Below are positions 10,701 through 18,984 of a DNA stretch of 64,000 bases, one piece after another. A program made the translations under genes and the position numbers. The stretch spans positions 288,001-352,000 of the forward strand of contig CAWCUS010000002.1 in assembly GCA_963798845.1 (NCBI GenBank), read 5' to 3'. How positions within the stretch are numbered: the first letter of the stretch is position 1; each line of letters opens with the position of its first letter. The stretch is from an uncultured Gemmatimonadales bacterium (GTDB taxonomy: Bacteria > Gemmatimonadota > Gemmatimonadetes > Longimicrobiales > RSA9). The notes below the pieces were generated by a model. It did no database searches, was not told where the DNA came from, and worked only from the letters and a program-made list of their open reading frames with translations.

Positions 10701-10864
10701 GGGTAGCCGGCGCCCACCCGCACCCCGGCTTCCCACGCCCCCCGCGCGATCGCCTGGTTCCCCGACAACGGCAGCCGCCGGCCCCCGGACCCGCTACCGG
10801 AAGCGACGCCCACCCACGCGCGCTCCTGCCTCTCTGGCCGCGCTGCGGCCCTTCTATCCGTCAT
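7781..10864 (-). CDS. iorA: Indolepyruvate oxidoreductase alpha subunit fused to a GltD-like FAD/NAD(P)H oxidoreductase
   Basis: SGNQAIARG, YPGTPSTE, DDPGMHSSQNEQD, CPGCSH, GDIGCY, GDSTF; two ferredoxin Cys motifs; then RVCPHPC, GSGPAG, GIPPFRLP, GGGNTAID, YRR, GDA. Confidence 0.9.
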   Translation of the reverse strand: MTDRRAAARPERQERAWVGVASGSGSGGRRLPLSGNQAIARGAWEAGVRVGAGYPGTPSTEILEALSHLGGVDCEWSPNEKVALEVAVGASLGGARALATMKHVGVNVAADPLFSSAYMGVNGGLVVVSADDPGMHSSQNEQDNRLFARHARIPLLEPSTPADARRYTAAAFALSERYDTPVLLRTTTRLSHGTGPVEAGKREPVGLRAYHKDRQKNVVLPAHGRIRHRWIEEERMPALAAEAERWAEAEPGEGDVAFITAGVPYLYVREAFPAAPVLRLGMTYPLPEAAIRQFAEEHAGKRLFVAEELEPFLEEQIRARGVAVEARAWPRYGELSVGLLRRAVAGPGVTPREEADGAGAGADVPAALPSRPPALCPGCSHRGVFHALGRMDAIVSGDIGCYTLGALAPLDAMDACMNMGASIGMAHGMAKVLAPADAKRVVSVIGDSTFYHSGVTGLMDVVYNRGKGTVVVLDNRTTAMTGHQDHPGTGHTLGQGDAPRIDIAAIARAVGVEDVRTVDPYDLLGAWRTLDQASGTDAPAVVVAEKPCVLKEKVSFGDPIFLEADRCTDCFACTRLGCPAIEESDGRLAVNDLLCNGCTLCQQVCADCNAGIDVSLMLELVDQGRLADALEVVLRSNPLPAVSARVCPHPCDHDVNALGFPQAATYAGRHRSLVERFPAGPNKISVRAVEQFLGDWAIENYPADTLSPGEELGRSVAVIGSGPAGLAAAWQLRRKGWRVTVFEADAAPGGMLRSGIPPFRLPREVLDAELARFTAIGVEFRTGARIGRDTTLAELADEHDAVIVAVGQHAARAITLEGAVDAPGSVLGGLEFLRRFNAGETVELGRRVTVVGGGNTAIDCARAARRLGATVDVVYRRTEREMPAIPDEVEEAREEGVTFRFQRAPIRVVAEGGRMTALETIAMAQGEPDGSGRRRPVPVAESEEIEQCDAVILAVGEQTDLAFLDGSGIRANGRIDVNFAGATSRQGVFACGDAAFGHGTVTQAVATGRRAAELASNHMRKGATRDR

Positions 10865-11049
10865 CCGGCTCGCTCCGGAGTTGCTGACCGGGTGCTCCCG
10901 TCACACACTCGAAAAGCTACCCCGGATGCTCAACCGTACAATCGGGGATTCACTGATTTCCCCGGGCTCCTTATCGGGAGTTTCCCCCCTCGGCACGTAG
11001 GGGTTTCGCCCGCGGACGCGCGATCGCACACCCGCGCCCGAGGACGTCG

Positions 11050-11520
11050 CTATGTCCTCGCGACGTCCCCGCCAGCACCGCGCCGCCGCACCAGAAACCG
11101 GAGCTCGCCCGCCTGGACAACCTCGCGGCCCGCCCTCAGCTCCGCCGACAGAGTCACCACACCCCGGTCTCCCTGCCGCGAAACCCGCTTCGACGACACC
11201 TCGAGCGCCACGTGCACCTCCGACCCGGGCACCAGCGGGGCCACGAAGTCCCAGGTCAGCCCCAGGAACGCGATCAGCGTCCCCCGCGTCAGCCCGCGCC
11301 GGTTCAGCAGACCGGTCGCCACGGCAAGACCCAGCGCACCGTGGGCAATCCGTCGGCCGAACACCGACTGCGCCGCGTACGACTCGTCCAGGTGCAGCGG
11401 GTTCACGTCCCCGGACACAGCCGCGAACGCCTCCACGTCCGCCTGCGTCACGACCCGGCTCCCGGTCAGGTAGCCGCGGCCCACCTCGAAGTCGTCGAAC
11501 GTCAGGGATTCCTCGGGCAT
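11050..11520 (-). CDS. MaoC family (hotdog fold) dehydratase
   Basis: FAAVSGDVNPLHLD hydratase-2 motif, IAHG; SD CAGGAG before ATG 11520. Confidence 0.85.
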   Translation of the reverse strand: MPEESLTFDDFEVGRGYLTGSRVVTQADVEAFAAVSGDVNPLHLDESYAAQSVFGRRIAHGALGLAVATGLLNRRGLTRGTLIAFLGLTWDFVAPLVPGSEVHVALEVSSKRVSRQGDRGVVTLSAELRAGREVVQAGELRFLVRRRGAGGDVART

Positions 11521-11604
11521 CGTCGGCTCCTGGTCACGCGAAGGCGCTCGGTCCCCGGTGCTCCTCCGCGTGTCCGCGTGAAGACCCTTGACACCCGGGC
11601 CCCG

Positions 11605-11633
11605 TTGGCGACGTATTACAGCAACACTACGAT
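11605..11633 (+). promoter_or_regulatory. Putative sigma70 promoter of paaX and the bcr operon
   Basis: TTGGCG-N17-TACGAT in an AT-richer intergenic patch, 22 nt upstream of the paaX ATG. Confidence 0.5.
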
Positions 11634-11655
11634 CGTTAACCATTCGTGACAAGAG

Positions 11656-12513
11656 ATGCCCGCTCGACGTCCCCAGGACCTGGTGTTCACGCTCTTCGGC
11701 GATTTCCTGCTGCACCGGCCATCGCCGGTGTGGGTGGGCAGCCTGATCGCGCTGCTGGAGCCGCTGGGGCTGAGCGAAACGAACGTGCGGACGGTGCTGT
11801 CGCGGATGGCGGGGAAGGGTTGGCTGAGAGCGGAGCGGGCGGGTCGCCGCAGCTATTACGCGCTGACGGGGCGTGGCCGGCGGCTTCTGGAGGAGGGGGA
11901 GACGCGGATCTACCGGCCGCGGGATGCGGGGGGTTGGGACGGGGAGTGGACGCTGCTGGCGTATTCGATTCCGGAGGAGCAGCGGGGTCAGCGGGACCGT
12001 CTGCGGGTTCGCCTGGAGTGGCTCGGGTTCGGTTCGCTGGGGAACGGGCTGTGGGTGACTCCGCACGACGTCGCCGACCCGGTGCGTGAGATGGCGGATG
12101 AGCTGGAGGTGAGGGAGTACGTGGAGGTGTTCCGCGGCCGGCACCTGGGCTTGGGCGACGCCCGCGAGCTGGTGGGTCGCTGCTGGGATCTGGCGGGGCT
12201 GAACGCGCGTTACGAGGCGTTCATCGAGCGTCATCTGGACGGGTGCGTGGCGCTGAAGGAGGAGGGCCATGCGTCCATCGAGCCGCGGGACGCGTACGTA
12301 CGGCGGTTCCGGCTGGTGCACCAGTACCGGGACTTCCCGCTCCAGGACCCGTTCCTCCCCAGGGAATTGCAGCCTGAGCACTGGGCGGGGGAGTGCGCGC
12401 TGAGCCTGTTCAACCATTACCACGAGCTGCTGGCGGCGCCGGCGGACCGTTTCGTGGAGCCGCTCTTCGAAGCTGGAAGTTCACGAAGGCGGCCGGCCGT
12501 TGTGGTCAGGTGA
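11656..12513 (+). CDS. paaX: PaaX family transcriptional regulator
   Basis: LVFTLFGD, VRTVLSRM, YYALT, WDGEW, LGFG..NGLW, WDL, DPFLP.EL.P..W motifs. Confidence 0.92.
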   Translation: MPARRPQDLVFTLFGDFLLHRPSPVWVGSLIALLEPLGLSETNVRTVLSRMAGKGWLRAERAGRRSYYALTGRGRRLLEEGETRIYRPRDAGGWDGEWTLLAYSIPEEQRGQRDRLRVRLEWLGFGSLGNGLWVTPHDVADPVREMADELEVREYVEVFRGRHLGLGDARELVGRCWDLAGLNARYEAFIERHLDGCVALKEEGHASIEPRDAYVRRFRLVHQYRDFPLQDPFLPRELQPEHWAGECALSLFNHYHELLAAPADRFVEPLFEAGSSRRRPAVVVR

Positions 12514-12532
12514 GGCGACCGTCCGTGGTGGT

Positions 12533-12611
12533 ATCACACGAAGAGCGCGAAGCCACGGAGTCTCTCTCGTGATCTTCGTCTTCCTTCGTGGCCTTCCTGT
12601 CTTCGTGCGAT
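12533..12611 (+). promoter_or_regulatory. Long intercistronic stem-loop abutting the oah Shine-Dalgarno
   Basis: ATCACACGAAGA (12533-44) pairs with TCTTCGTGCGAT (12600-11); inner GAAGCCACGGAG pairs with CTTCGTGGCCTTC; AAGGAG follows immediately. Confidence 0.5.
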
Positions 12612-12623
12612 AAGGAGCCGAGC

Positions 12624-13733
12624 ATGCCGAAGTTCGAGCCGCGTCCCGCCGAGTCCTACGACTTCCGGGAGATCCTGTACGAGAAGGGCGACTGGGTGGC
12701 GCGTGTCACGCTGAACCGTCCCCACAACTACAACGCCTACTCGACGGAAGCGCTGCGCGAGCTGATCACTGCGTTCCACGACGCGGCGTTCGACGACAGG
12801 GTGGGCGTGGTGGTCTACACGGGCGCGGGGACGAAGGCGTTCTGCACGGGCGGAGACGTGAAGGAGTACGAGGTGGAGTACACGCAGCGCCCGCGTGACT
12901 ACTGGAAGTACATGCGGCTGTTCCGTGAGTATATCGAAAGCATCGTTCAGCTGGGCAAGCCCACCATCGCGCGACTGAACGGCATGGCTGTGGGCGGGGG
13001 CAACGAGAGCCAGATGGCGTGCGACCTCGCCGTGATGGCCGAGCACGCGTACATCGGCCAGGTAGGAACACGAGTGGGGAGCGTGGCGGCCGGCGGGGCG
13101 ACGCAGTGGCTCCCCCTGCTGGTCGGGGACCGGCGCGCCCGCGAGATCCTCATGTTCAACGGCCGGATCCCGCCGCGGCAGTGCCTGGACTGGGGTCTCG
13201 TGAACCGGGTGGTGCCGAGCGTGGTCAGGGACGGGGCGTTCATCGAAGGCGCGTCGTCGGAACAGATCGCAAAAGCGCAGAACGCGGAGGACGGCTACGC
13301 GATCTCGCTGGAGAAGCTGGACGAAACGGTAGCGGAGATGGCGGAGGTGCTGCTCCAGCAGTTCCCGGAATGCACCCGCTACACCAAGCAGCAGGTGAAC
13401 TTCTGGAAGGAGCTCGCGTGGAGCCAGACGGTCGGCCACGCGGGAGACTGGCTGGCGCTTCACTACTCGTCGCTCGAGCCGTGGGAAGGGATGCGGGCGT
13501 TCGTGCAGAAGCGGAAGCCCCGCTACATGGAGTTGCGGGAGCGCGCGGCGAACGGTGGCTCCAGCGAATTCCTGTGGGGCGCGCCGGGGGGCGACTGTCC
13601 CGCGTGCGGCGCGGAAGGTATTCCGACCGGCTTCAATTTCTGCGGCGCGTGCGGAGCCGAGCTGGGGACGGACGGGGCCGGCGCGGGGGCCCTCGAACCG
13701 CGGGACGCTGCGAGAGCCCCGGCGGGAGGGTGA
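12624..13733 (+). CDS. oah: 6-oxocyclohex-1-ene-1-carbonyl-CoA hydrolase (Oah/BamA/BzdY-like crotonase) with C-terminal zinc ribbon
   Basis: YNAY, TGAG.KAFCTGG..KEY, YMRLF, NGM.VGGG.E..MACD, GS...GGAT match the ring-opening hydrolase; tail CPACG..CGACG; SD TAAGGAG. Confidence 0.85.
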   Translation: MPKFEPRPAESYDFREILYEKGDWVARVTLNRPHNYNAYSTEALRELITAFHDAAFDDRVGVVVYTGAGTKAFCTGGDVKEYEVEYTQRPRDYWKYMRLFREYIESIVQLGKPTIARLNGMAVGGGNESQMACDLAVMAEHAYIGQVGTRVGSVAAGGATQWLPLLVGDRRAREILMFNGRIPPRQCLDWGLVNRVVPSVVRDGAFIEGASSEQIAKAQNAEDGYAISLEKLDETVAEMAEVLLQQFPECTRYTKQQVNFWKELAWSQTVGHAGDWLALHYSSLEPWEGMRAFVQKRKPRYMELRERAANGGSSEFLWGAPGGDCPACGAEGIPTGFNFCGACGAELGTDGAGAGALEPRDAARAPAGG

Positions 13734-13734
13734 A

Positions 13735-14502
13735 GTGGCATACCGGCACCTTCGCGTCGACACCGGCGCCGCTGTCGCCCGTGTGGTCCTGAATCGTCCT
13801 CCGCTGAACGTCCTGACCATCGAGATGCTGGACGAGCTGGTCGAGGCGATCGCGGCCGCCTCGGCGGATCCGGCGACGCGGGTGGTGGTGCTCACGGGGG
13901 AGGGCAGAGCCTTCTGCGCCGGGGTGGACGTGGCGGACCACACAGTCGAGCGCGTGGGAACAATGATCGAGTCGTTCTCCCGCGCCATCGGCGCGCTCCT
14001 GTCGATGGATCTTCCGGTGGTGGCGGCGCTGAACGGCGCCGCGCTGGGCGGCGGCCTCGAGCTCGCGCTGGCCTGCGACGTGGTCCTGGCGCGGGCGGGG
14101 TCCAAGCTGGGCCAGCCGGAAATCCGCCTCGGCGTCTTTCCCCCGGCCGCGGCGGCGCTGCTCCCCCGGCGCGTGGGAGTGCAGCGGGCGCTGGACCTGG
14201 TGCTCACGGGCCGCACGGTGACGGCAGAAGAGGCGGCCCCGATGGGGCTGGTCACGGCCGTGCTCCCGGCCGACGACTTCGGCGCGGCCGTGAACGACTA
14301 CGTGGCGCAGGTGGCCGGTCTCAGCCGGCCGGTCCTGGCGCTGGCGAAGCGAGCCGTGATCCAGGGGCTGGACCGGCCGCTGTCGGCGGCGTTGGTGGGG
14401 GCGGACACGCTGTACCTCAACGAGCTGATGGCTCTGCGCGATCCCCACGAGGGACTGGCGGCGTTCGCGGAGAAGCGCGCGCCGGTCTGGAGCGACGAGT
14501 AG
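13735..14502 (+). CDS. dch: Cyclohexa-1,5-diene-1-carbonyl-CoA hydratase (Dch/BamR-like crotonase)
   Basis: AFCAGVDVADH, LGGGLEL, GQPEIRLGVFPP, YLNELM, EGL.AF.EKR.P.W; operon context. Confidence 0.82.
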   Translation: MAYRHLRVDTGAAVARVVLNRPPLNVLTIEMLDELVEAIAAASADPATRVVVLTGEGRAFCAGVDVADHTVERVGTMIESFSRAIGALLSMDLPVVAALNGAALGGGLELALACDVVLARAGSKLGQPEIRLGVFPPAAAALLPRRVGVQRALDLVLTGRTVTAEEAAPMGLVTAVLPADDFGAAVNDYVAQVAGLSRPVLALAKRAVIQGLDRPLSAALVGADTLYLNELMALRDPHEGLAAFAEKRAPVWSDE

Positions 14503-14503
14503 C

Positions 14504-15697
14504 ATGGCGACACCGAAGCGCGAGATCCCGGCCCCGGAGCGGCTGCTGGACATCGACCTCTCGACCCCGCTCGACGAGGTGCTGGCCCGCTGCCGCGAGG
14601 TGGTGGAGGACGCGGAGTACCCGACCGTGCGGAAGTGGCGGGAGGGTGGTGGCAAGGTGCTCGGCCACTTCCAGGTCTACTTCCCCGAGGAGCTGGCGCA
14701 CGCGGCGGGCATGCTCCCGGTGAAGATCCGGGGCGGGCAGGTGGACCGGCGGGAAGCCGACTCCCGCTTCGGCTCCGCCATCTGCTCCATCCCCCGGACC
14801 ACGCTCGAGCTCGCCATGAACGGCACGCTGGTGCCGGACCTGTTCGTCACCCACCCGATCTGCGACGTGGCCCGCAACCTGGCGGGGATCTGGGAGCGCA
14901 ACGTGACCACGCCGGCGCAGATCCTCTACTTCCCGCAGAACCCCAACTCCCGCTTCTCCGCCGACTTCCTCACCGCGGAGTACCGGCGTCTGCTGGGCGA
15001 GATCGAGGCCGTCGTGGGCCGGACGGTGGCGGAGGACGAGATCCGCGATTCGGTGGCCCTTTTCAACGAGAACCGTCGCCTGCTGCGTGAGCTCTACGCC
15101 ATCAAGCGGGAGGAGCCGTGGCGCCTGCCGGTGGACGAGGCGTACGTGCTGGTGGCGCTGGCCGGGCTCATCCCCCGGGAGGAGCACAACCACGTGCTGC
15201 GCACGATCATCCCGCGCATCCGGGAGCGCGAGGCGAGAAAGCAGGACCGGATGCGTGTGGTGTTCGAGGGTGGGTTCTGCGAGCAGCCGCCTCTCGACCT
15301 GCTCCGGTCCATCGCCCAGTTCGTGTACGTGGTGGATGACGACCTCCTCATCGGCCTGCGCTGGATCACCGAGGACGTGGATCTGGCGGGCGATCCGGTG
15401 GGCAGGCTGGCGGAAGCGTACCTGGAGCGGTCGTCGTACAGCCCCGTGCAGCACGACCTGCGCAAGCCGAAGGAGCAGATGCTGCTGCAGCGGATCCTCG
15501 CCGCACGCGCCGAGGCGGCCATCGTGGCCGCGGCCAAGATGTGCGAGCCGGGTCTGGACGAGCAGGTGGCGTACTCCCAGGCGCTGGACCGCGAGAAGAT
15601 CCCGTACTTCGTCACCGAGTTCGAGGAGAACATGACGGCCTACGACCATCTGCAGATCCAGCTCGAGACCTTCGTCGAGAACCTGCTCTTCGAGTGA
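14504..15697 (+). CDS. bcrC: Class I benzoyl-CoA reductase subunit C (2-hydroxyacyl-CoA dehydratase family)
   Basis: [42 protein letters not shown]. Confidence 0.85.
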   Translation: MATPKREIPAPERLLDIDLSTPLDEVLARCREVVEDAEYPTVRKWREGGGKVLGHFQVYFPEELAHAAGMLPVKIRGGQVDRREADSRFGSAICSIPRTTLELAMNGTLVPDLFVTHPICDVARNLAGIWERNVTTPAQILYFPQNPNSRFSADFLTAEYRRLLGEIEAVVGRTVAEDEIRDSVALFNENRRLLRELYAIKREEPWRLPVDEAYVLVALAGLIPREEHNHVLRTIIPRIREREARKQDRMRVVFEGGFCEQPPLDLLRSIAQFVYVVDDDLLIGLRWITEDVDLAGDPVGRLAEAYLERSSYSPVQHDLRKPKEQMLLQRILAARAEAAIVAAAKMCEPGLDEQVAYSQALDREKIPYFVTEFEENMTAYDHLQIQLETFVENLLFE

Positions 15698-15705
15698 GGG
15701 GGCGC

Positions 15706-17037
15706 ATGAATCCGGTGACTGCGGACACGATCCACGGGCGGGCCTTCCGCCAGGGCAGGGAGCTCTTCGACGACTGGTACGGCCAGTTGACCCGCGCTCA
15801 CGAGACGGGCGAGCAGGCGGCGTACGTGTTCGTGATGGGCAGCCTGATGGAGATCCTGCGCACGTTCGGGCTTCACGGGGTCTTCCCGGAGATCAACTCG
15901 CTCCAGACTGCGGTGAAGAAGGTCTCGGACGGGTACCTGAGCCAGGCGGAGGACGAGGGCTTCTCGCCGGACGTGTGCGGCTACGTGAAAGCGGACTACG
16001 CCCTCCAGCGTCGCAACGGCGAGCACCCGCGCGGCATGATCCCGCCGCCGGCCATATCGGTGCTCACCAACGCGTGCAACACGTATCTCAAGTGGGGCGA
16101 GATCTGGGAGCGCATGTACGACGCTCCGGTCTTCACGGTGGACATCCCGCAGTCCCGCTCCGTTTCCGACAGCGCGGCGGGTGTCGGGTTCGCGGCCGAC
16201 CTGGAGTACGTGCGGCGGCAGCTGGACGAGCTGATCGAGGTGCTCGAGGGTCTCACGGGCAGGCGCTTCGACATCGACCGCTTCCGCGAGGTGCTGGGTC
16301 ACGTCAACGACATGGGGCGGCACTACCGGCGCGTGCTGGAGCTGAACGCCCGGGCGCCGGCCGCGTTCGACGCGGTGCTGGAGGGCACCATGTACCTGGG
16401 GGTGGCCAATGCGCTCCGCGGCACGAAGGAGGGCGCGGACTACTTCCGCGACCTGGCCGAGGAGCTGGAGCTGCGCATGGCCGAGGGCCGCGGGGCCCTG
16501 GGCGAGACGCCCGAGCGGCACCGCCTGATCTTCGTGGGCGTGCCCTGCTATCCGATCTTCTCGCGCTTTCACGCCATGTTCAGCGGGTGGGGCGGGGCGT
16601 TCGTGAGCTCCACCTACCTGTGGTTCGCCTCCGGCGGCCTCGACCTGGATTTCGAGTACGACCTGTCGCGCCCGCTGGAGAGCCTGGCCGAAGGCGTGCT
16701 GCGCGGCGTCCGCCGCGCCACGGACGCCATGCTGTTCCAGGACCGGCTGCTCATCGAGGCCGTGGACCGCTACCACGCGGACGGGGTGGTCTACCACCCC
16801 GTGAAGAGCTGTCGCACCGTCTCCACCAGCCTGGCCGACAGCCGCCGGGTGGTGCTCCGGGAGCGCGATGTTCTCGCTCTCTACATCGAGAGCGACATGA
16901 TGGACAAGCGGGTGGTCTCGGAAGCCCAGCTGAAGAACCGCATCGACGCCTTCTTCGAGGGGCTGGAGAGTCGGAGGCTGCGGATGAACGGCGCGGCCGC
17001 CGGCAGCGGCGCCGCCGCCAGCGAGGAGGTCGCATGA
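15706..17037 (+). CDS. bcrB: Class I benzoyl-CoA reductase subunit B
   Basis: [41 protein letters not shown]. Confidence 0.85.
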   Translation: MNPVTADTIHGRAFRQGRELFDDWYGQLTRAHETGEQAAYVFVMGSLMEILRTFGLHGVFPEINSLQTAVKKVSDGYLSQAEDEGFSPDVCGYVKADYALQRRNGEHPRGMIPPPAISVLTNACNTYLKWGEIWERMYDAPVFTVDIPQSRSVSDSAAGVGFAADLEYVRRQLDELIEVLEGLTGRRFDIDRFREVLGHVNDMGRHYRRVLELNARAPAAFDAVLEGTMYLGVANALRGTKEGADYFRDLAEELELRMAEGRGALGETPERHRLIFVGVPCYPIFSRFHAMFSGWGGAFVSSTYLWFASGGLDLDFEYDLSRPLESLAEGVLRGVRRATDAMLFQDRLLIEAVDRYHADGVVYHPVKSCRTVSTSLADSRRVVLRERDVLALYIESDMMDKRVVSEAQLKNRIDAFFEGLESRRLRMNGAAAGSGAAASEEVA

Positions 17038-17903
17038 GCTACGCGGGCGGAGTGGACGTCGGCTCGACCCAGACCAAGGCCGTGGTGGTGGACGGGGACC
17101 GCCGCATCGTGGGCCGCAGCCTCATCGACACGGGGGCCAACGTGGTGGAGGCGGCGGAGAACGCGTTCGCGCTGGCGCTGGCGGAGGCCGGTCTCGAGCG
17201 CGACGACGTGGACTTCGTCATCGGGACCGGCTACGGCCGCTACAAGGTGGAGTTCGGCGACACCCAGGTGACGGAGATCGTGTGCCACGCCCGCGGGGCG
17301 GCGGAGATGTTCCCGGGCACGCGCACGGTGCTGGACATGGGGGGCCAGGACACGAAGGCGATCCGGGTGCAGCGCGGTGGCGAGGTCCTGGACTTCTGCA
17401 TGAACGACAAATGCTCGGCGGGCACCGGCCGCTTCCTCCAGTCGGCGGCCGCGGCGCTGGAGCTGGACCTGGCGGAGCTCGGGCCCACGGCGCTGCGGGG
17501 GCGTCGGCCGGTGCCCATCAGCACCACGTGCACCGTGTTCGCGGAGTCGGAGGTGCTGTCGTGGCTGGCGAGGGGTCGCAAGCTAGAGGACATCCTGCTG
17601 GGCGTGCACCAGTCCATCGCCAAGCGCTCGTTCGGCCTTCTCAAGCGGGTGGGCGTGGAGGAGGAGGTGACCTTCACGGGCGGGGTGACGAAGAACCCGG
17701 CCATGGTGCACGTGCTGAACGAGCTGCTCGGCACCGAGATGAACGTGGGCGCCGAGTCCCACTTCATCGGCGCTCTGGGCGCGGCCCTGTTCGCGCTCGA
17801 GCGGGCGGAGGGCGGGGTCATCCCCGCGGGCGATCTCACCGGCGCGGCCGCGGACGGCGATGCGGCCCGGAGCTGCGCCACGGGACGGGAGGTGGTCGCA
17901 TGA
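17034..17903 (+). CDS. bcrA: Benzoyl-CoA reductase ATPase subunit A (short, BzdQ-sized ASKHA activase)
   Basis: [52 protein letters not shown]. Confidence 0.8.
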   Translation: MSYAGGVDVGSTQTKAVVVDGDRRIVGRSLIDTGANVVEAAENAFALALAEAGLERDDVDFVIGTGYGRYKVEFGDTQVTEIVCHARGAAEMFPGTRTVLDMGGQDTKAIRVQRGGEVLDFCMNDKCSAGTGRFLQSAAAALELDLAELGPTALRGRRPVPISTTCTVFAESEVLSWLARGRKLEDILLGVHQSIAKRSFGLLKRVGVEEEVTFTGGVTKNPAMVHVLNELLGTEMNVGAESHFIGALGAALFALERAEGGVIPAGDLTGAAADGDAARSCATGREVVA

Positions 17904-18721
17904 GCTGCACGGCGGGGGTGGACGTCGGCTCGACGTACACGAAGGCCGCGATCCTCGACGACGCCGGCCAGTTGCTGGGCCGGAGCATGGCGCCGACCGG
18001 CTTCCGCCTGGAGGCGGCGGCGCGGGCGGCGCTGGACGCCGCGCTGGCCGAGGCGGGTGTCGACGCGGCGGACGTGGTCTACACCGCCACCACCGGCTAC
18101 GGCCGCAACCAGGTGGCGTTCCGCGACGTCCAGGCCACGGACCTGACGGCGCAGTCGTGGGGGACTCGCTGGTTCTTCCCGTCTACCCGAACGGTGCTGG
18201 ACATCGGCGGGCAGACCATGAAGGCCATGCGCGTGGACGACGCGGGCAAGGTCCGCTCGTTCCGCCTGAACGACAAGTGTGCCGCGGGCACGGGCGCGTT
18301 CCTGGAGAAGACGGCGCGCTACCTCGGCTACGGCCTCGAGGAGATCGGGATGCTCGTCCAGGGCGCGGAGGCGTCGGTGCCCATCAGCGGCGTGTGCGCG
18401 GTGTTCGCCGAGTCGGAGGTGATCAACCACGTGAGCAACGGGAGCCAGCCCGGCGAGATCATGCTGGGCGCCATGGAGTCGCTCATCGAGAAGAGCGTGC
18501 GGCTCATGAAGCGCGTGCAGATGGAGCCGGAGTTCACGCTGGTGGGCGGGATCATGCGCTTCCCCACCATGGTGCAGGTCATGCGCGAGCACCTGGCGGA
18601 GGGCGTCAACGTGCCGCCCGAGCCGCTGGTCCAGTACACCGGCGCCATTGGTGCCGCGATCCTCGCACGGCGCAGGCTGGAGAAGCTCGAGGCCGAGGAC
18701 GCCGAGGCCGCGGCCGCGTGA
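17900..18721 (+). CDS. bcrD: Benzoyl-CoA reductase ATPase subunit D (ASKHA activase)
   Basis: [46 protein letters not shown]. Confidence 0.8.
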   Translation: MSCTAGVDVGSTYTKAAILDDAGQLLGRSMAPTGFRLEAAARAALDAALAEAGVDAADVVYTATTGYGRNQVAFRDVQATDLTAQSWGTRWFFPSTRTVLDIGGQTMKAMRVDDAGKVRSFRLNDKCAAGTGAFLEKTARYLGYGLEEIGMLVQGAEASVPISGVCAVFAESEVINHVSNGSQPGEIMLGAMESLIEKSVRLMKRVQMEPEFTLVGGIMRFPTMVQVMREHLAEGVNVPPEPLVQYTGAIGAAILARRRLEKLEAEDAEAAAA

Positions 18722-18984
18722 GCGCGCCGGTGCCCGCACTCGACATCGGGCCGGCCGCCAGCGAGCGCGTCCGGGAGCGCGACGGGGCCCTGGCGCTGGA
18801 TGGCTGGACGCGACGCTTCATCGGCGCCCCGCCCCGTCTTGGGGAGATGGCGGCGCTCTACCGCTCGGTGGGCCAGGAGGTGCTGCTCGAGCCCCTGGAG
18901 GACGATGACCTGGCGCACGAGTGCGCCGGGTGCACGCTCGCCCTCTCCCTCTTTCGCGTCGTCTACACGAGGATCCCCCGATGA
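18718..18984 (+). CDS. Small hypothetical protein with CxxC, inside the bcr operon
   Basis: 4-bp overlaps with both neighbours (GTGA with bcrD, ATGA with had); 88 aa with GWTRRF..PRL.E...LY and ECAGC. Confidence 0.75.
   Translation: MSAPVPALDIGPAASERVRERDGALALDGWTRRFIGAPPRLGEMAALYRSVGQEVLLEPLEDDDLAHECAGCTLALSLFRVVYTRIPR

Noticed and set aside
11588..11620. TTGACA as the -35 for paaX, and an E. coli-type PaaX operator
   Set aside because: No -10 at 16-18 nt from it; no TGATTC-N27-GAATCA match, so the operator is unidentified
14504..18721. 2-hydroxyacyl-CoA dehydratase plus activator as an alternative call
   Set aside because: Two distinct activases and flanking oah, dch and had homologues fit benzoyl-CoA reductase better
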